A stretch of 64,000 bases of DNA, taken from assembly GCA_973895155.1 (NCBI GenBank), contig OZ316895.1, positions 1,691,094 through 1,755,093 of the forward strand. The letters run 5' to 3'. A model generated the notes under the pieces. That model ran no database searches. It saw only the letters and a list, made by a program, of their open reading frames with translations, and was not told the origin of the DNA. Source of the DNA: Marsupella aquatica (Eukaryota; Plantae; Marchantiophyta). A program made the position numbers and the translations under genes. This document shows positions 1-10,651 of the stretch, one piece after another; the stretch's first letter is position 1; every line of letters begins with the position of its first letter.

Positions 1-68
1 GCCGTAGCCTAATACATAGGAATGAGGAAGAGCATATATCAATAATTACAATGAATGTTAAGAAAACT

Positions 69-3000
69 CTACTTGTGATGCAATTGCAAAACCTGCAATA
101 CGTCACGGTGTCTAGAGAAACTCTCCAAAGGAATCACTTTGGTAAATGCGTCAGCCGGGTTGAGTTTACCATCAATCTTGACTAGCTCAAACAAATTATC
201 AGACACAGCCTGCCTGATAAAATGGTACCTAACGTCAATGTGCTTCACTCTGCTGTCCATCACCTGGTTCACAGCAAGGTGGAGCGCACTTTGACTATCA
301 CAATGGAGCTTCACATTCCCCTGTGGCAATCCCATTTCAGTGATAAGTCTATCCAACCAAATCGCTTCCTTTGCTGCTTCCGCAGCTGCAACATACTCCG
401 CTTCTGTAGTAGACTGAGCAATACACTTCTGCAAAGTAGACCTCCAACTTATGCATCCACCGCCAAGTGTGAACACGTATCCTGTTGTTGATCTCCTTCG
501 GTCCAAATCTTGTCCATAGTCAGAATCTACATAGCCAATCAATGATCTAGCATTCTTTGCATTCGCATCAAATAAAAGACCATGATCCACGGTACCCTTC
601 AAGTACCTGATAATCCACTTCACTGCTTCCCAATGTACCTTCCCTGGATTCGACATGTACCTGCTCACCTTGCCCATAGCCATGGTAAGATCAGGTCTAG
701 TGCAAGTCATCAAATACATGAGACTCCCCACTGCCTTGTCATATGGAACCTTTGACATCAACCCCTTCTCTGTGTCATCCGTAGGACAGAACGCTGATGA
801 TAACTTGAAGTGTGGAGCCAACGGGGTACTTACTGGCTTGCTATTCTCCATGTTGAACCTTGCAATTACCTTCCTCGCATAACTACTCTACGTCAACCAT
901 AGCTTGCCAGCCTCCAAGTCCCTAGTGATCTCTATACCCAAAATCCTCTTAGCTGGCCCTAAGTCCTTCATCTTAAACTCTGCACTAAGCAGTGCCTTGA
1001 GCTTAACAATCTCAGACTTATCCTTGGTTGCAATTAGCATGTCATCCACATAAAGTACTAAAACAATGAACCCAAAGACAACATTCTTCACCGGTTTCAA
1101 ATACACACAAGGGTCAAATACACTTATGTGAAAACCTTGTGACCGAATCCAATCGTCAAACCGCTTGTTCCACTGTCTTGGTGACTGCTTCAACCCATAC
1201 AAGGATTTCAGCAATCTGCAAACCAATTCCTCCTGTCCTCTCTTCACAAAACCTAGCGGTTGTCTCATGAAGATTACCTCTTCCAATGTGCCATAGAGGA
1301 AAGCTGTGACAACATCCATCTGATCTAGGAGCAGACCAAACATTACAACAAGTACACACAATAGTCGTATTGTAGAGTACTTAGCAACTGGTGAGAAGAC
1401 CTCATTGTAATCCACACCTTTCTCTTGTGTGAATCCCTTTGCTACCAATCTAGCCTTGTAGACCTTCGATCCACCTCCTATGGAATTATCCTTCAGCTTG
1501 TAAATCCACTTGCTGTCCACCACTTGCTGACCCTTAGGCAGCTTAACAAGCTCCCAAGTTTTGTTGTCCTTTAGTGACTGCATCTCCGTTTGCATTGCTG
1601 CAGTCCACTTCTGCTTCTCCTTTGAAGCACTTGCCTCATGAAATGAAGAAGGTTCCCCTTCTTCCAAAATTAACGCATCACTCTCATCATCAGCTGTAAA
1701 ATCATCCTCTTGCAGTTGAGATGAATCAACCCACTGTCCATACCTTGGTGGAGCGCGTACAGTGCGACCAGATGTTCTTCTAGCCGATGACTCCGGTTGA
1801 TCTGCGTGTGCTGGTACAATTTGAAGCTCAATAGCATCCACTTGCTGCTCACCAGCATCAACAAACTCCTCTGGTTCCTCTGGCACAGGAACCAGCTCCA
1901 TAATTGGAGCAACTCCTTCTCTCCGGTCATGCACCTCATGACCAATCTCCCCCTCAACGAGATCCGGGATAGGAGATTTTCCTTTGTCAGTACGGGAGAC
2001 CTGAGTATTCTCCCCCTCCTTCAATAATCTGGATTCATTGAAGGAAACATCCCTACTGACAACGAGCTTACAGGCAATAGGATCCCATAGCCTATAGGCT
2101 TTCACACCACTCTGGTACCCAAGAAAAATACATTTCCTGGAGGTAGGATCCAACTTGGTCCTATTCTGCTTTGGTGTGAGAGCATATGCATCACTTCCAA
2201 AAACTACCAAGCCATGATAGTCTGCTTGCCGCTTATAGCGCATCTCAAACGGCGTTTTGAAATTGATAGCACTAGAAGGAGAAAGATTTACCAAATAAGC
2301 TGCGGTATTGACAGTTTCTGCCCAAAATTCTTGTGGTAAACCTGATTGGCTCAACATACTCCGTGACCGCTCCAATAGTGTCCGATTGAGCCTCTCAGCG
2401 ACACCATTCTACTGCGGAGTATAAACTGTGGTGAGATGGCGAGTTATCCCCTGTTCTGAACAATGCTCTTCAAATTCCATTGAAGTGTACTCCCCGCCGT
2501 TGTCTGACCTCAGACTCTTCACCCTTGTATCCAAACACTTGATCGTGTTTCCAGTCTGATTCTCCACCTGGGCCTTCCACTTCTTAAAAATGGACAAGAC
2601 ATCAGACTTATGCGTCATGAAATAAATCCACACAAATCTTGAGTAATCATCAATAAATGATACATAGTACAACTTTCCAGAGTGTGAGGGAGTCGGGGAT
2701 GGACCCCACACGTCACTATGTATGTACTCAAGAACCGCTTTGGAACGATGAGTTCCAACACCAAAAGCACGATGATGCTACTTTCCAAGAATGCAATGCT
2801 CACAAAACTCTAATTTACAAGATTGCAAATCAGAAATGAGTCCATTCTTCCGTAAGATAGCCAAACCCTTCTCACTCATGTGGCCTAGCCGTGAATGCCA
2901 CAGTTGAGTCATCTCCTCGTGAGACTTGGTTACATTGGCCTCTCCACATACAGTATTGCCCTATAACACATCCAAATTCTTTTGTCTACTCCCCTTCAAA

Positions 3001-3340
3001 TCACTGTCTCTCCCGACCTGACTTGAAGTTCACCATCAATAACGCTCCATTGATGACCATTTGAATCCAACACACCGAGTGAAATCAAATTCTTACGCAT
3101 GCCAGGTACATACCTGACTCCGGGCACTGTGCGCACAGCGCCATCAAACATTTGAATCTTCACAGACCCAATTCCCTCAATTTGACAGGAGTGATCATTT
3201 CCCATCAGAACTGAACCGTTTGAAACAGAGTAAGAACTAAAAAACTCACGAATGTAACAAATATGAAAAGAGCAAGCACAATCAAGAATCCACACATCAT
3301 CTGCTACCCTAGATGACGTGCACAGGGCATACCCCCAACT
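69..3340 (-). pseudogene. copia pol (PR-INT-RT-RH), disrupted
   Basis: In-frame TAG stops at 888-890 (LWLT*SSY), 2409-2411 (TPQ*NGVAER) and ~2961 (VL*GNTV); frameshift near 2996. Confidence 0.95.
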
Positions 3341-4432
3341 TCATAAAACATACTCATCATTGAGTAAATCAGCTTCTCCATCAGCCCTAGCCACATTTGC
3401 CGATGAAGTTTCCGCTGCCTTTCCCTTACAGTCTCGCTTGAAGTGTCCAACTTGGTTGCACTTCCAACATGTCACCTGCCTCCTCTGAGGGGATTTACCC
3501 TTGGACTTAGATCTGGATTTAGATCTAAACTGGGTTCTACGGTCCCCAGTTGGTCGTTGCATACTCCTCCCACGGTTAACATTGAGGGCAGCACCAGATG
3601 ATGAAGGCTGTGACGTGATGTGCATCTTCTGCTGAAGATCATCACTAAGCAGAGAACTTACCACGTCATTGTATGAAATGGTATCCCTATCACGATGCAA
3701 CAACACTCGTGATAGGGACTGGTAAGATGGAGGCAATGAACTAAGAAGCTGCAGAGCCTTCGTCTCATCATTCAAAGTCTCCCCAAGGTTTTCCAAGTCA
3801 ACGACCATGTCGTTGAAAGCATCCACATGGTCTTGCAACTTCGTACCAGATTCCTTCATCCTGAAACTCATCAGTTTGTAGGAAGTGTAGAGCCGGTTCG
3901 ACAACTCCTTGCGGTGATACTTGCTCTGCAATTCCGCAAGCAAGGACATGCAATCCTTATGTGAACCCAACTGCTTGATGATGGGAGGCATGAGATAGAG
4001 TGTAACACACCACACTCCCTGCTCCTGCATGCGGTCCCATTGTTTCTCATCAACATCGTCTTCACAAGGGCTCAGCAGTTGGCCCATCCCTGACGCATAA
4101 AGCACTCCCTTCACCTGCTTCTCCCATAGCAAGTAGTCAGAGCGCCCATCATACTTTGTCACTTCATACTTGGGTCCCCCAAGCTTGAAAGTCCCCATCT
4201 TCTTCTTTGGCACTACCGTGAGCTCCGGTAGTAGTACTGCTTCCTCCACCACACGCCGCACCGGTGATGGTATCGGTGTCACGTGCTCTTCCTCCTGCTC
4301 CTCTCTCTGCCCCTGAAACCTCCGCGGTGATCCTCGTGCTTCAAGTTCCATGTCTTCGAAAAACTCCTCCGAATCACTTGTCAACAACGAATGTTGATCA
4401 ATTGCACTTGGTGCCGTCACCAAGTCCAACAA
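3341..4432 (-). CDS. copia Gag (UBN2-like region plus CX2CX4HX4C zinc knuckle); true start uncertain
   Basis: KYDGRSDYLLWEKQV and LLSSLPPSY motifs; CWKCNQVGHFKRDC. Confidence 0.9.
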   Translation of the reverse strand: MLDLVTAPSAIDQHSLLTSDSEEFFEDMELEARGSPRRFQGQREEQEEEHVTPIPSPVRRVVEEAVLLPELTVVPKKKMGTFKLGGPKYEVTKYDGRSDYLLWEKQVKGVLYASGMGQLLSPCEDDVDEKQWDRMQEQGVWCVTLYLMPPIIKQLGSHKDCMSLLAELQSKYHRKELSNRLYTSYKLMSFRMKESGTKLQDHVDAFNDMVVDLENLGETLNDETKALQLLSSLPPSYQSLSRVLLHRDRDTISYNDVVSSLLSDDLQQKMHITSQPSSSGAALNVNRGRSMQRPTGDRRTQFRSKSRSKSKGKSPQRRQVTCWKCNQVGHFKRDCKGKAAETSSANVARADGEADLLNDEYVL

Positions 4433-4784
4433 GGTAATTGATTTTGCTTAGCCTTCCTCTTTGCATCAAAGAGCCAATCCCGGACTCAAAAACAATCGTC
4501 TTGCCTCAATCTCTCCGTTGAGTCAAAACACTTGACGCTTCTCCCTCCGAGTCGATTGCCAACTTTCTTCACAAAATCCAGAACGATGAAAACTTAGATC
4601 TCTCTGCACCACGAGCTCCGTTCAACGATTTCTTCACACCGTTAGAAAGCTCTTGCCCTGATCTATCCGTTGAGCCCATAAACTCCAAGTTCCATGCGAT
4701 GGAACTTTGGAAAATCCACCAACACTCAACGCTGGAAAAACCATCATGAAATCCCGTCACGAACACACGTCACCTCCCAAGCAT

Positions 4785-4796
4785 GCTCTGATACCA
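4785..4796 (-). promoter_or_regulatory. Primer-binding site complementary to tRNA-iMet 3' end
   Basis: TGGTATCAGAGC on the minus strand, 2 nt inside the LTR end. Confidence 0.95.
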
Positions 4797-4798
4797 AT

Positions 4799-5201
4799 TG
4801 TTGAGCATAGACGACGATCGCAACGGCAAGCCCATGAACCATCCAATGCACAATAGTCGACACAAGAGATACGTGGTTCACCTCCTTGAGGCTACGTCCA
4901 CGGGAACACACAAGAGAGCTTTACTGAACTCTAAGCCCGTCGGCTATACCGAGTCTCCACAGTGTAAGCTCTCCCTATCTCTCAAGTGGCTCCATAACAA
5001 TGAGCCTTGGTTCTACCTCTCCAAGCACACATGCCTCTTATGATATAGTGTGCAACTTAGTTGTACCTAACCACATAGTTGTACCTAATCACGTAGTTGT
5101 ACCTAACCACATAGTTGTACCTAATCACGTAGTTGTACCAACCCACGTTGTTGTACCAACCACGTCATACCTAACCTAGACGTAAGAGTAAATACCCAAC
5201 A
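4799..5201 (-). repeat. 5' LTR of the copia element (403 bp)
   Basis: TGTTG...CAACA termini, adjacent to the PBS. Confidence 0.85.
5058..5165. repeat. 18-bp tandem repeat (~6 units) in the LTR, probably U3
   Basis: TAGTTGTACCTAACCACA / TAGTTGTACCTAATCACG alternating, then degenerate units. Confidence 0.9.
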
Positions 5202-5511
5202 TGTACCGTAGTTAAGGCTAACCTTAGTCATAGACTTGGTTAAGTTAGTCATGTTGTGCACACTCTATAACCAAGCGGTGTTTGCTTGGTGAGTGGGAAC
5301 TCAGGCTCATTGTTACGGAGCTAGTTGAGAGATAGAGAGAGCTTGCGCTGTGGATGCTTGGAATGGCGATCGGCCTAGAGTGCAGTAAAGCTCTCATGTA
5401 TTCCCGTGGACATAGCCTCATGTGGAGGTGAACCACGTATCTCTCTGTGTCGACTCTTGTGCGTTGGATGGTTCATGCGCTTGCCATTGCGATTATCGTC
5501 TATGCTCAACA
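5202..5511 (+). repeat. 5'-truncated LTR of a related copia family, in opposite orientation
   Basis: Reverse complement of ~5255-5511 aligns to 4799-~5055; ends CTATGCTCAACA with no PBS after it. Confidence 0.85.
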
Positions 5512-5524
5512 CGGATCAGTGGCG

Positions 5525-5665
5525 ACTTGCCATGTGGCACCACGGACCATGTAGTGGGTATGCCTAAACGGATCTACATAATGGGGGGCAACTTAGCAAT
5601 TTAATGTGTTTGGGGGGCAGGTTATGAAATTAGGCTAGTTTGGGGGACAGGATAGTAAAAAGCTA
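5525..5665. mobile_element. Possible right end of a Mutator-like MITE
   Basis: GCCATGTGGCA box followed by three spaced TGGGGG(G)CA-like subrepeats; partner end not in the window. Confidence 0.35.
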
Positions 5666-5724
5666 TAATAAATAAATTCACACTCCAACACCATTTTGGG
5701 TGCATGTAAATTTTTCCAATTTCA

Positions 5725-6225
5725 CAACAAGCCCAGTGAATAGGAGGTTTTGATTTTCGTTCTTGAAAACGTGGGGACTAGAATATGAAGAAGAAAATGG
5801 GTTGATGAAATCAAAACCCCTTTCTTTCTCCAGTAGTGATGATGGCTTGACTAGTTAAGTCTAGCCAACGGGCAGCTACCAATCTGAACTTTATAGAATT
5901 TAGTACATACTGCAAGGTTAGAGAATTCTCTTACTAAAACTGATTTACTAGACTGTAACGATGCTGACCATCATGGTGAGTACAGTCAAGTTTTTCATGC
6001 AAACATCCCCATAAAGCATAAAAGCCATTAGGAGTAAGACTATAGATGTACAGTCAAAAATAAAACATTAATATGCTTGAAGTGTATATTTAGGTTTTTT
6101 TGGTAGCCAGGGCTTTCTTACGTATGCAAGCCTGGGCCAATCCAAGTTACAATATGGAATATTGAAAAATTGCACGGTCCTGTAGTCAGGTACTTCTTAA
6201 GTCATCCTCCGGCTCTGGGAGCATA
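5725..6225 (+). repeat. Diverged paralog of the region downstream of the ankyrin-PGG gene (21830-22306 plus 28348-28392)
   Basis: Shared collinear blocks such as ATAAAGCATAAAAGCC, ACATTAATATGCTTGAAG and CTTCTTAAGTCATCCTC..GCTCTGGGAGCATA. Confidence 0.85.
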
Positions 6226-7309
6226 AACAGGGTTTTTTTTGTGTGTGTGTGGGGCAATTGAACTCATGAGGGGGTATTTTGTGCTAAAAACTTCGATGTT
6301 CACTCCAAACTCATTCCGTAACCATGTGTATGGGTTTGAACATTGTCCAGGTGGATGATATTTCCAAGCCTTAATCACAGTGGCCGGCAAGAAATGTAGG
6401 TTATTGTTGACTTAAGGACTCATGCACCATAAGAAAGAATCTGGCTTGATCATGGATCGAAGTTGATGGAAACTGGGAGAGGATAAAGTCCAATGAGGTC
6501 ATGCTTCAATTCTTTTGGGCATGAGGTGTTGTGTACAATTGCACGTTGCAAGCAAAATTTATATCACTTGAAAGAATCCCTTCACAACACACATTTCCTA
6601 CTATGAGAAAGAGCACCATGAGACTCAAACAAACCATAGGGAAGTCAGCACTTTGTCAACATTACCTTGCAGTACACAATGTAATGTAATCAAGGTTGTC
6701 ATGATCATTGCACAAATTGACTAAGGCTCTGACTGGGAGTGATATGAATCCCCAATTTCACTAAACATGAATTAGGTCATTCAATTAAGAATTTGGTTAT
6801 TATCTAAACCCAAATGTTCACAATTTAACTCTTGTGCAAGTCAGAGAAGATTCTAACTATAGTACTAAGAGCATCTCCAACGGTTTGGAGATTTTGCGCC
6901 GCTATCCCAATAATATAGCGGATCATTTGGCGCCTGCGCAAAATGGAGAGTTGCCCCCTTCCACGCAATCCCCACCGGCGGACACCCCATTCTGACCCCC
7001 ATTCCATGAAGCGTGCGTACGAGCTGGGGCCCACCTGGTCCAAAATAACGTGAAGTGGGTTGTGGCACACTGGCCGCTGTTTTGCGTGTGTTTTCTGTCC
7101 CTCTGGTTCTTGCAGACCTCGACTCCCGGTTCGCAAAATTGGAAGCCGCAGGAACCATGTCGATCCTACGATTTGAATTTGTTGGGGTTGATTTGTGCTC
7201 TGTGCTTCCCTTCAGGTGTTCGCTTTCACTTTACGGCCAACTTTACCTAGTTTTCATTGGGAAAAATTAATCAGTCTTCGCAAACCAGGCTGTGCTTCAT
7301 CTATCGAAA

Positions 7310-8620
7310 ATGGACCTCGAAGGGTGGCTGGCAGATCTCGAGGAAGAATTGGATGAGGAGGAAGCTGATTGGGATGAGGAACAAAGATTTTGGGAGTTGA
7401 TGATGTTCACGGGACCCCTTTCTATTCCAAATTTGGGCCAACAGTCAAGGAAAAGAAAGCATGGAGGGTCTAGACCAGGCAGGAGTGAGAATGTGGAGAG
7501 ACGCAGAGAAAAAGGGGCAGAAGACCTATGGAATGATTATTTTTCTGATACACCAACCTATGATGAATTGAAATTCAGGAGGAGATTTAGAATGAGCAGC
7601 GGTTTGTTTAACAAAATACTTCTTGATGTCTGTGCTCATGACACTTATTTCTGTCTGAAGGTTGATGCTGCAGGAAAGGTAGGCTTGTCTCCACATCAAA
7701 AGTTGACAGCAGCATTGAGGCAGTTGGCTTATGGAATTGGGGCAGATGCTTTGGATGAGTATTGTAGAATTGCTGAAAGCACAGCATTGGAGTCTCTTTA
7801 TAGATTTGTGAAAGCCATCAGGGAGTTGTATGAGGGTGAATACTTGAGGAAGCCAACAGCTGCAGATTTCACAAATCAGCTGCAAATCAATGCAAACCGA
7901 GGTTTCCCAGGTATGTTTGGTTCATTGGATTGCATGCATTGGGCATGGAAGAATTGCCCTGTTGCTTGGCAGGGCCAATACACTGACAAGGACAAGAACA
8001 AGTCCATCATCCTGGAAGCAATTGCTGATCAAGAATTGTGGATTTGGCATGCCTTTTTTGGGCTGGCTGGGGGAAATAATGACCTGAATGTGCTTGACCG
8101 ATCACCACTTCTAAATGAATGGTTGCGCAATGATTCAGCCAATGTCAATTTCCATGTCAATGGTACAGAGTACAAACGAGCTTATCTACTGGTGGATGGA
8201 ATTTATCCTGAGTGGTCTATGTTCATATCCACTGTGCACATGCCACAATCTGATAAGTTGAAGCATTTTGCAAGATGTCAGGAGGCAGCCAGAAAAGATG
8301 TGGAGAGGGCTTTTGGGGTCCTCCAAGCTAGATTTGAGATAGTCAAAAGGCCTGCTAGGTCCTGGTACGAAAAGAACATTGTAAATATTTTGCTTGCATG
8401 TGTCATCCTCCACAATATGATTGTTGAGGATGAAAGAGATGACAATTTTCCTCCATATTTAAGGGTTCATGCTGCTAGAGTGAACAGGGGAAATCTGCCA
8501 TGGTTGGAGTTCCTTGCTGCAACAGCTGAAATTAACAATAAGGCTAACCACTTTCGCTTGAGAAATGACATTGTTGACCACCTTTGGAGTAGAAAGGGGT
8601 CTGGTGTTTCTGATCACTGA
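7310..8620 (+). CDS. Harbinger/Pong DDE transposase
   Basis: FRRRFRM, GSLDCMHW (D), YLLVDGIYP (D), RKDVERAFG (E), ACVILHNMI; open frame. Confidence 0.95.
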   Translation: MDLEGWLADLEEELDEEEADWDEEQRFWELMMFTGPLSIPNLGQQSRKRKHGGSRPGRSENVERRREKGAEDLWNDYFSDTPTYDELKFRRRFRMSSGLFNKILLDVCAHDTYFCLKVDAAGKVGLSPHQKLTAALRQLAYGIGADALDEYCRIAESTALESLYRFVKAIRELYEGEYLRKPTAADFTNQLQINANRGFPGMFGSLDCMHWAWKNCPVAWQGQYTDKDKNKSIILEAIADQELWIWHAFFGLAGGNNDLNVLDRSPLLNEWLRNDSANVNFHVNGTEYKRAYLLVDGIYPEWSMFISTVHMPQSDKLKHFARCQEAARKDVERAFGVLQARFEIVKRPARSWYEKNIVNILLACVILHNMIVEDERDDNFPPYLRVHAARVNRGNLPWLEFLAATAEINNKANHFRLRNDIVDHLWSRKGSGVSDH

Positions 8621-9634
8621 AATCCAGGTGAGTATAGTCAATCAGATTTTGCTGCCCATCTTTGCATTTATTTTATTGACTGAAAGCTTCAAGCATGAGT
8701 TTTTAAGCTTGGGACTTGAGGGAATCAAGTCGCAGGTGTGACCTGATTTTCTGTTGGTACAGTGATGAGTACATTTGACTTGCTTCCACATTGACTCACA
8801 CTTCAGTCCACCTGTTTCGAAGGTACATCCAGCTCGGGAGATACTGTCGAGGCAATGTGGAATGTACAGACCTGCCTTGCTAATGTGCGAACCTACTGAA
8901 AAACATTCGAAGCCTCCCGAAGTGCTTTGTGGTTAATTATGTGCTCTTGGACCTGCCCACAGTGTTCTGGCATTTCAAAAATGAGCTCGCTTTCACGTGG
9001 AAGTTCTAGTTCAAGTCTTGCATCCACAGCTGCAAGCAAATGGAATCCCAGTCCTTTGCCAAAGCAGGAGGACCCGAAGGAGCAAAAGATGAATACTGGG
9101 AACTCCAAGGCACTTCCAGCAAATGGGGGAAAACAGAGAAGCTCGAGAGCACCATTGGAGATGACGTTGATGGACTTCGAGCCTGAAAATTCGGAGGAGG
9201 CACAACTAATGGCAGAGATGGAGGATTCTGAAGATCAGGCATTTTCGGATCGTCTCAGCACCAACAGGTCTACCTCCAGTGACGACTGCTATGTGGTTTT
9301 CACAAAGCAGTCACGTAGCCCGAAGCGTAAACCTAGGGCTCATTGAGAGCTTCCGTTTTTGCACCTAGAAAGCTCAAGCGCAAGTTAAGCCATTTTGTGA
9401 AGCACCAAGCTAGGCCAAATATAGGTAGAATGCAGACTGCAGACATGGTGGCTATCATGTGGCCATCTAGAACTTGGGGCCTGGCCTCCAATTTTGTAAC
9501 CTCTTCTAATTTACTCGCTAATTTATGACATGGAATGGGAATTCTGTGAATTTGCAATGTACAATGTTTGCCAAAACGTTTGAGCCAATTTTATTACAAA
9601 ATGAGCATACAATGAATTGCATCGACTCTAGTGA

Positions 9635-10651
9635 CTACAACTGGCTAGCTAGCAAACCCTGGAACAAAAATCCAGGTTCACATGCCCGAAATTGGGTTTC
9701 CAAATCTACATGGTCCTCTGCTACCCCTGTGTTTTCATCCAGTTCAACTGTGCTGTCATCAAAAACCGGACTATCAACTCTGGTCTCACGAAAAACAGGG
9801 AGTGGATTTTGTGGCGGATTTTGTGGAGGTTCTGTAGCCTGCATCCGAGCTTTCAATTTCCTGGCCTCTTCCAACTTCCACTGTCGGACATAATCACGGA
9901 GCTCTGGTTCCATGTTGTCTGTAGGTAATGTCAGCAACTTCATCAACGAATTGTTCTGCAATGTCCTGACCCGATCTCGATTCGCAGCTGCCATCTCCCG
10001 TTGGGCATTCGCACTTACCTTCATTGCTTCTTGTTCAACCTTCATTCGCTTGTGATCTTCCTTGGCTCTCTTGTTTCCCTGAGGCCTCTTCCTTGCATCA
10101 CAATCTTCGACAGGTTCTTGGTGCTGCCTATCGACACTTTCATTGTCACCATTCTCAATGATGATTGGACTCGGGCTAGAATGTTCATTCTCGATCGTGT
10201 CGGACCTGGATGATGTGGATTTCCTGCCCTTCCCTTTCGCCATATCGTCTGCTGGATTCCCCCACCGTGGACAATCTTTCAAAATCCAGAAGCAGGAATC
10301 GAAAGAAAAAGTTTTCCCTTTGGGATGGTTCTGTTTGTATAATTCCTTCGCCTTCAGCACAGTGTCATCGACGTTGGTCCCCGAAATCTGAAGGTCCTCT
10401 ACCTGCTGAAAACATCCGATGAATTTTGACACATCATGTTTAATATCAGACCACTTCCCTTCCAGAGATTTTCGGCCCCTCGACTCAGCTCCCTTCGGTT
10501 TGTGTTTCTCGTAATGCTCGGTCACCCGGTCCCAAAATCTCTCAGCCCTCTGCCCTGCACCAACGCAGGGATCTTGGGACACATGAAGAACACTGTAGCA
10601 CAATTGTTTAAGCTCTTTTGCACCATAATTTTTCCCACGACTTGCTGCCAT
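9635..10651 (-). CDS. Harbinger/Pong Myb/SANT-like DNA-binding accessory protein
   Basis: SQDPCVGAGQ..FWDRV..HY, R..KSLEGKW, FSFDSCFWILKDCPRW and RPQGNKRAK motifs typical of Pong ORF1; lies inside the TIRs. Confidence 0.9.
   Translation of the reverse strand: MAASRGKNYGAKELKQLCYSVLHVSQDPCVGAGQRAERFWDRVTEHYEKHKPKGAESRGRKSLEGKWSDIKHDVSKFIGCFQQVEDLQISGTNVDDTVLKAKELYKQNHPKGKTFSFDSCFWILKDCPRWGNPADDMAKGKGRKSTSSRSDTIENEHSSPSPIIIENGDNESVDRQHQEPVEDCDARKRPQGNKRAKEDHKRMKVEQEAMKVSANAQREMAAANRDRVRTLQNNSLMKLLTLPTDNMEPELRDYVRQWKLEEARKLKARMQATEPPQNPPQNPLPVFRETRVDSPVFDDSTVELDENTGVAEDHVDLETQFRACEPGFLFQGLLASQL

Larger units (their letters stand above)
1..5201 (-). mobile_element. Ty1/copia LTR retrotransposon, decayed; 3' LTR lies left of the window
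   Basis: Minus-strand order gag (CCHC knuckle) - protease (WILDCA) - integrase (RSDNGGEY) - RT (QMDVVTAFL, LYVDDML) - RNase H (DSDY, KHIDVRYHF) is the copia order; PBS and 5' LTR present. Confidence 0.97.

Noticed and set aside
5058-5165. Short repeat array as CRISPR or telomeric repeat
   Set aside because: Contiguous 18-mers inside an LTR; not TTTAGGG-like and no spacers
4799-5511. One 713-bp LTR or a MITE with long TIRs
   Set aside because: An internal CCCAACA terminus at 5201 and diverged arms fit two separate LTRs better
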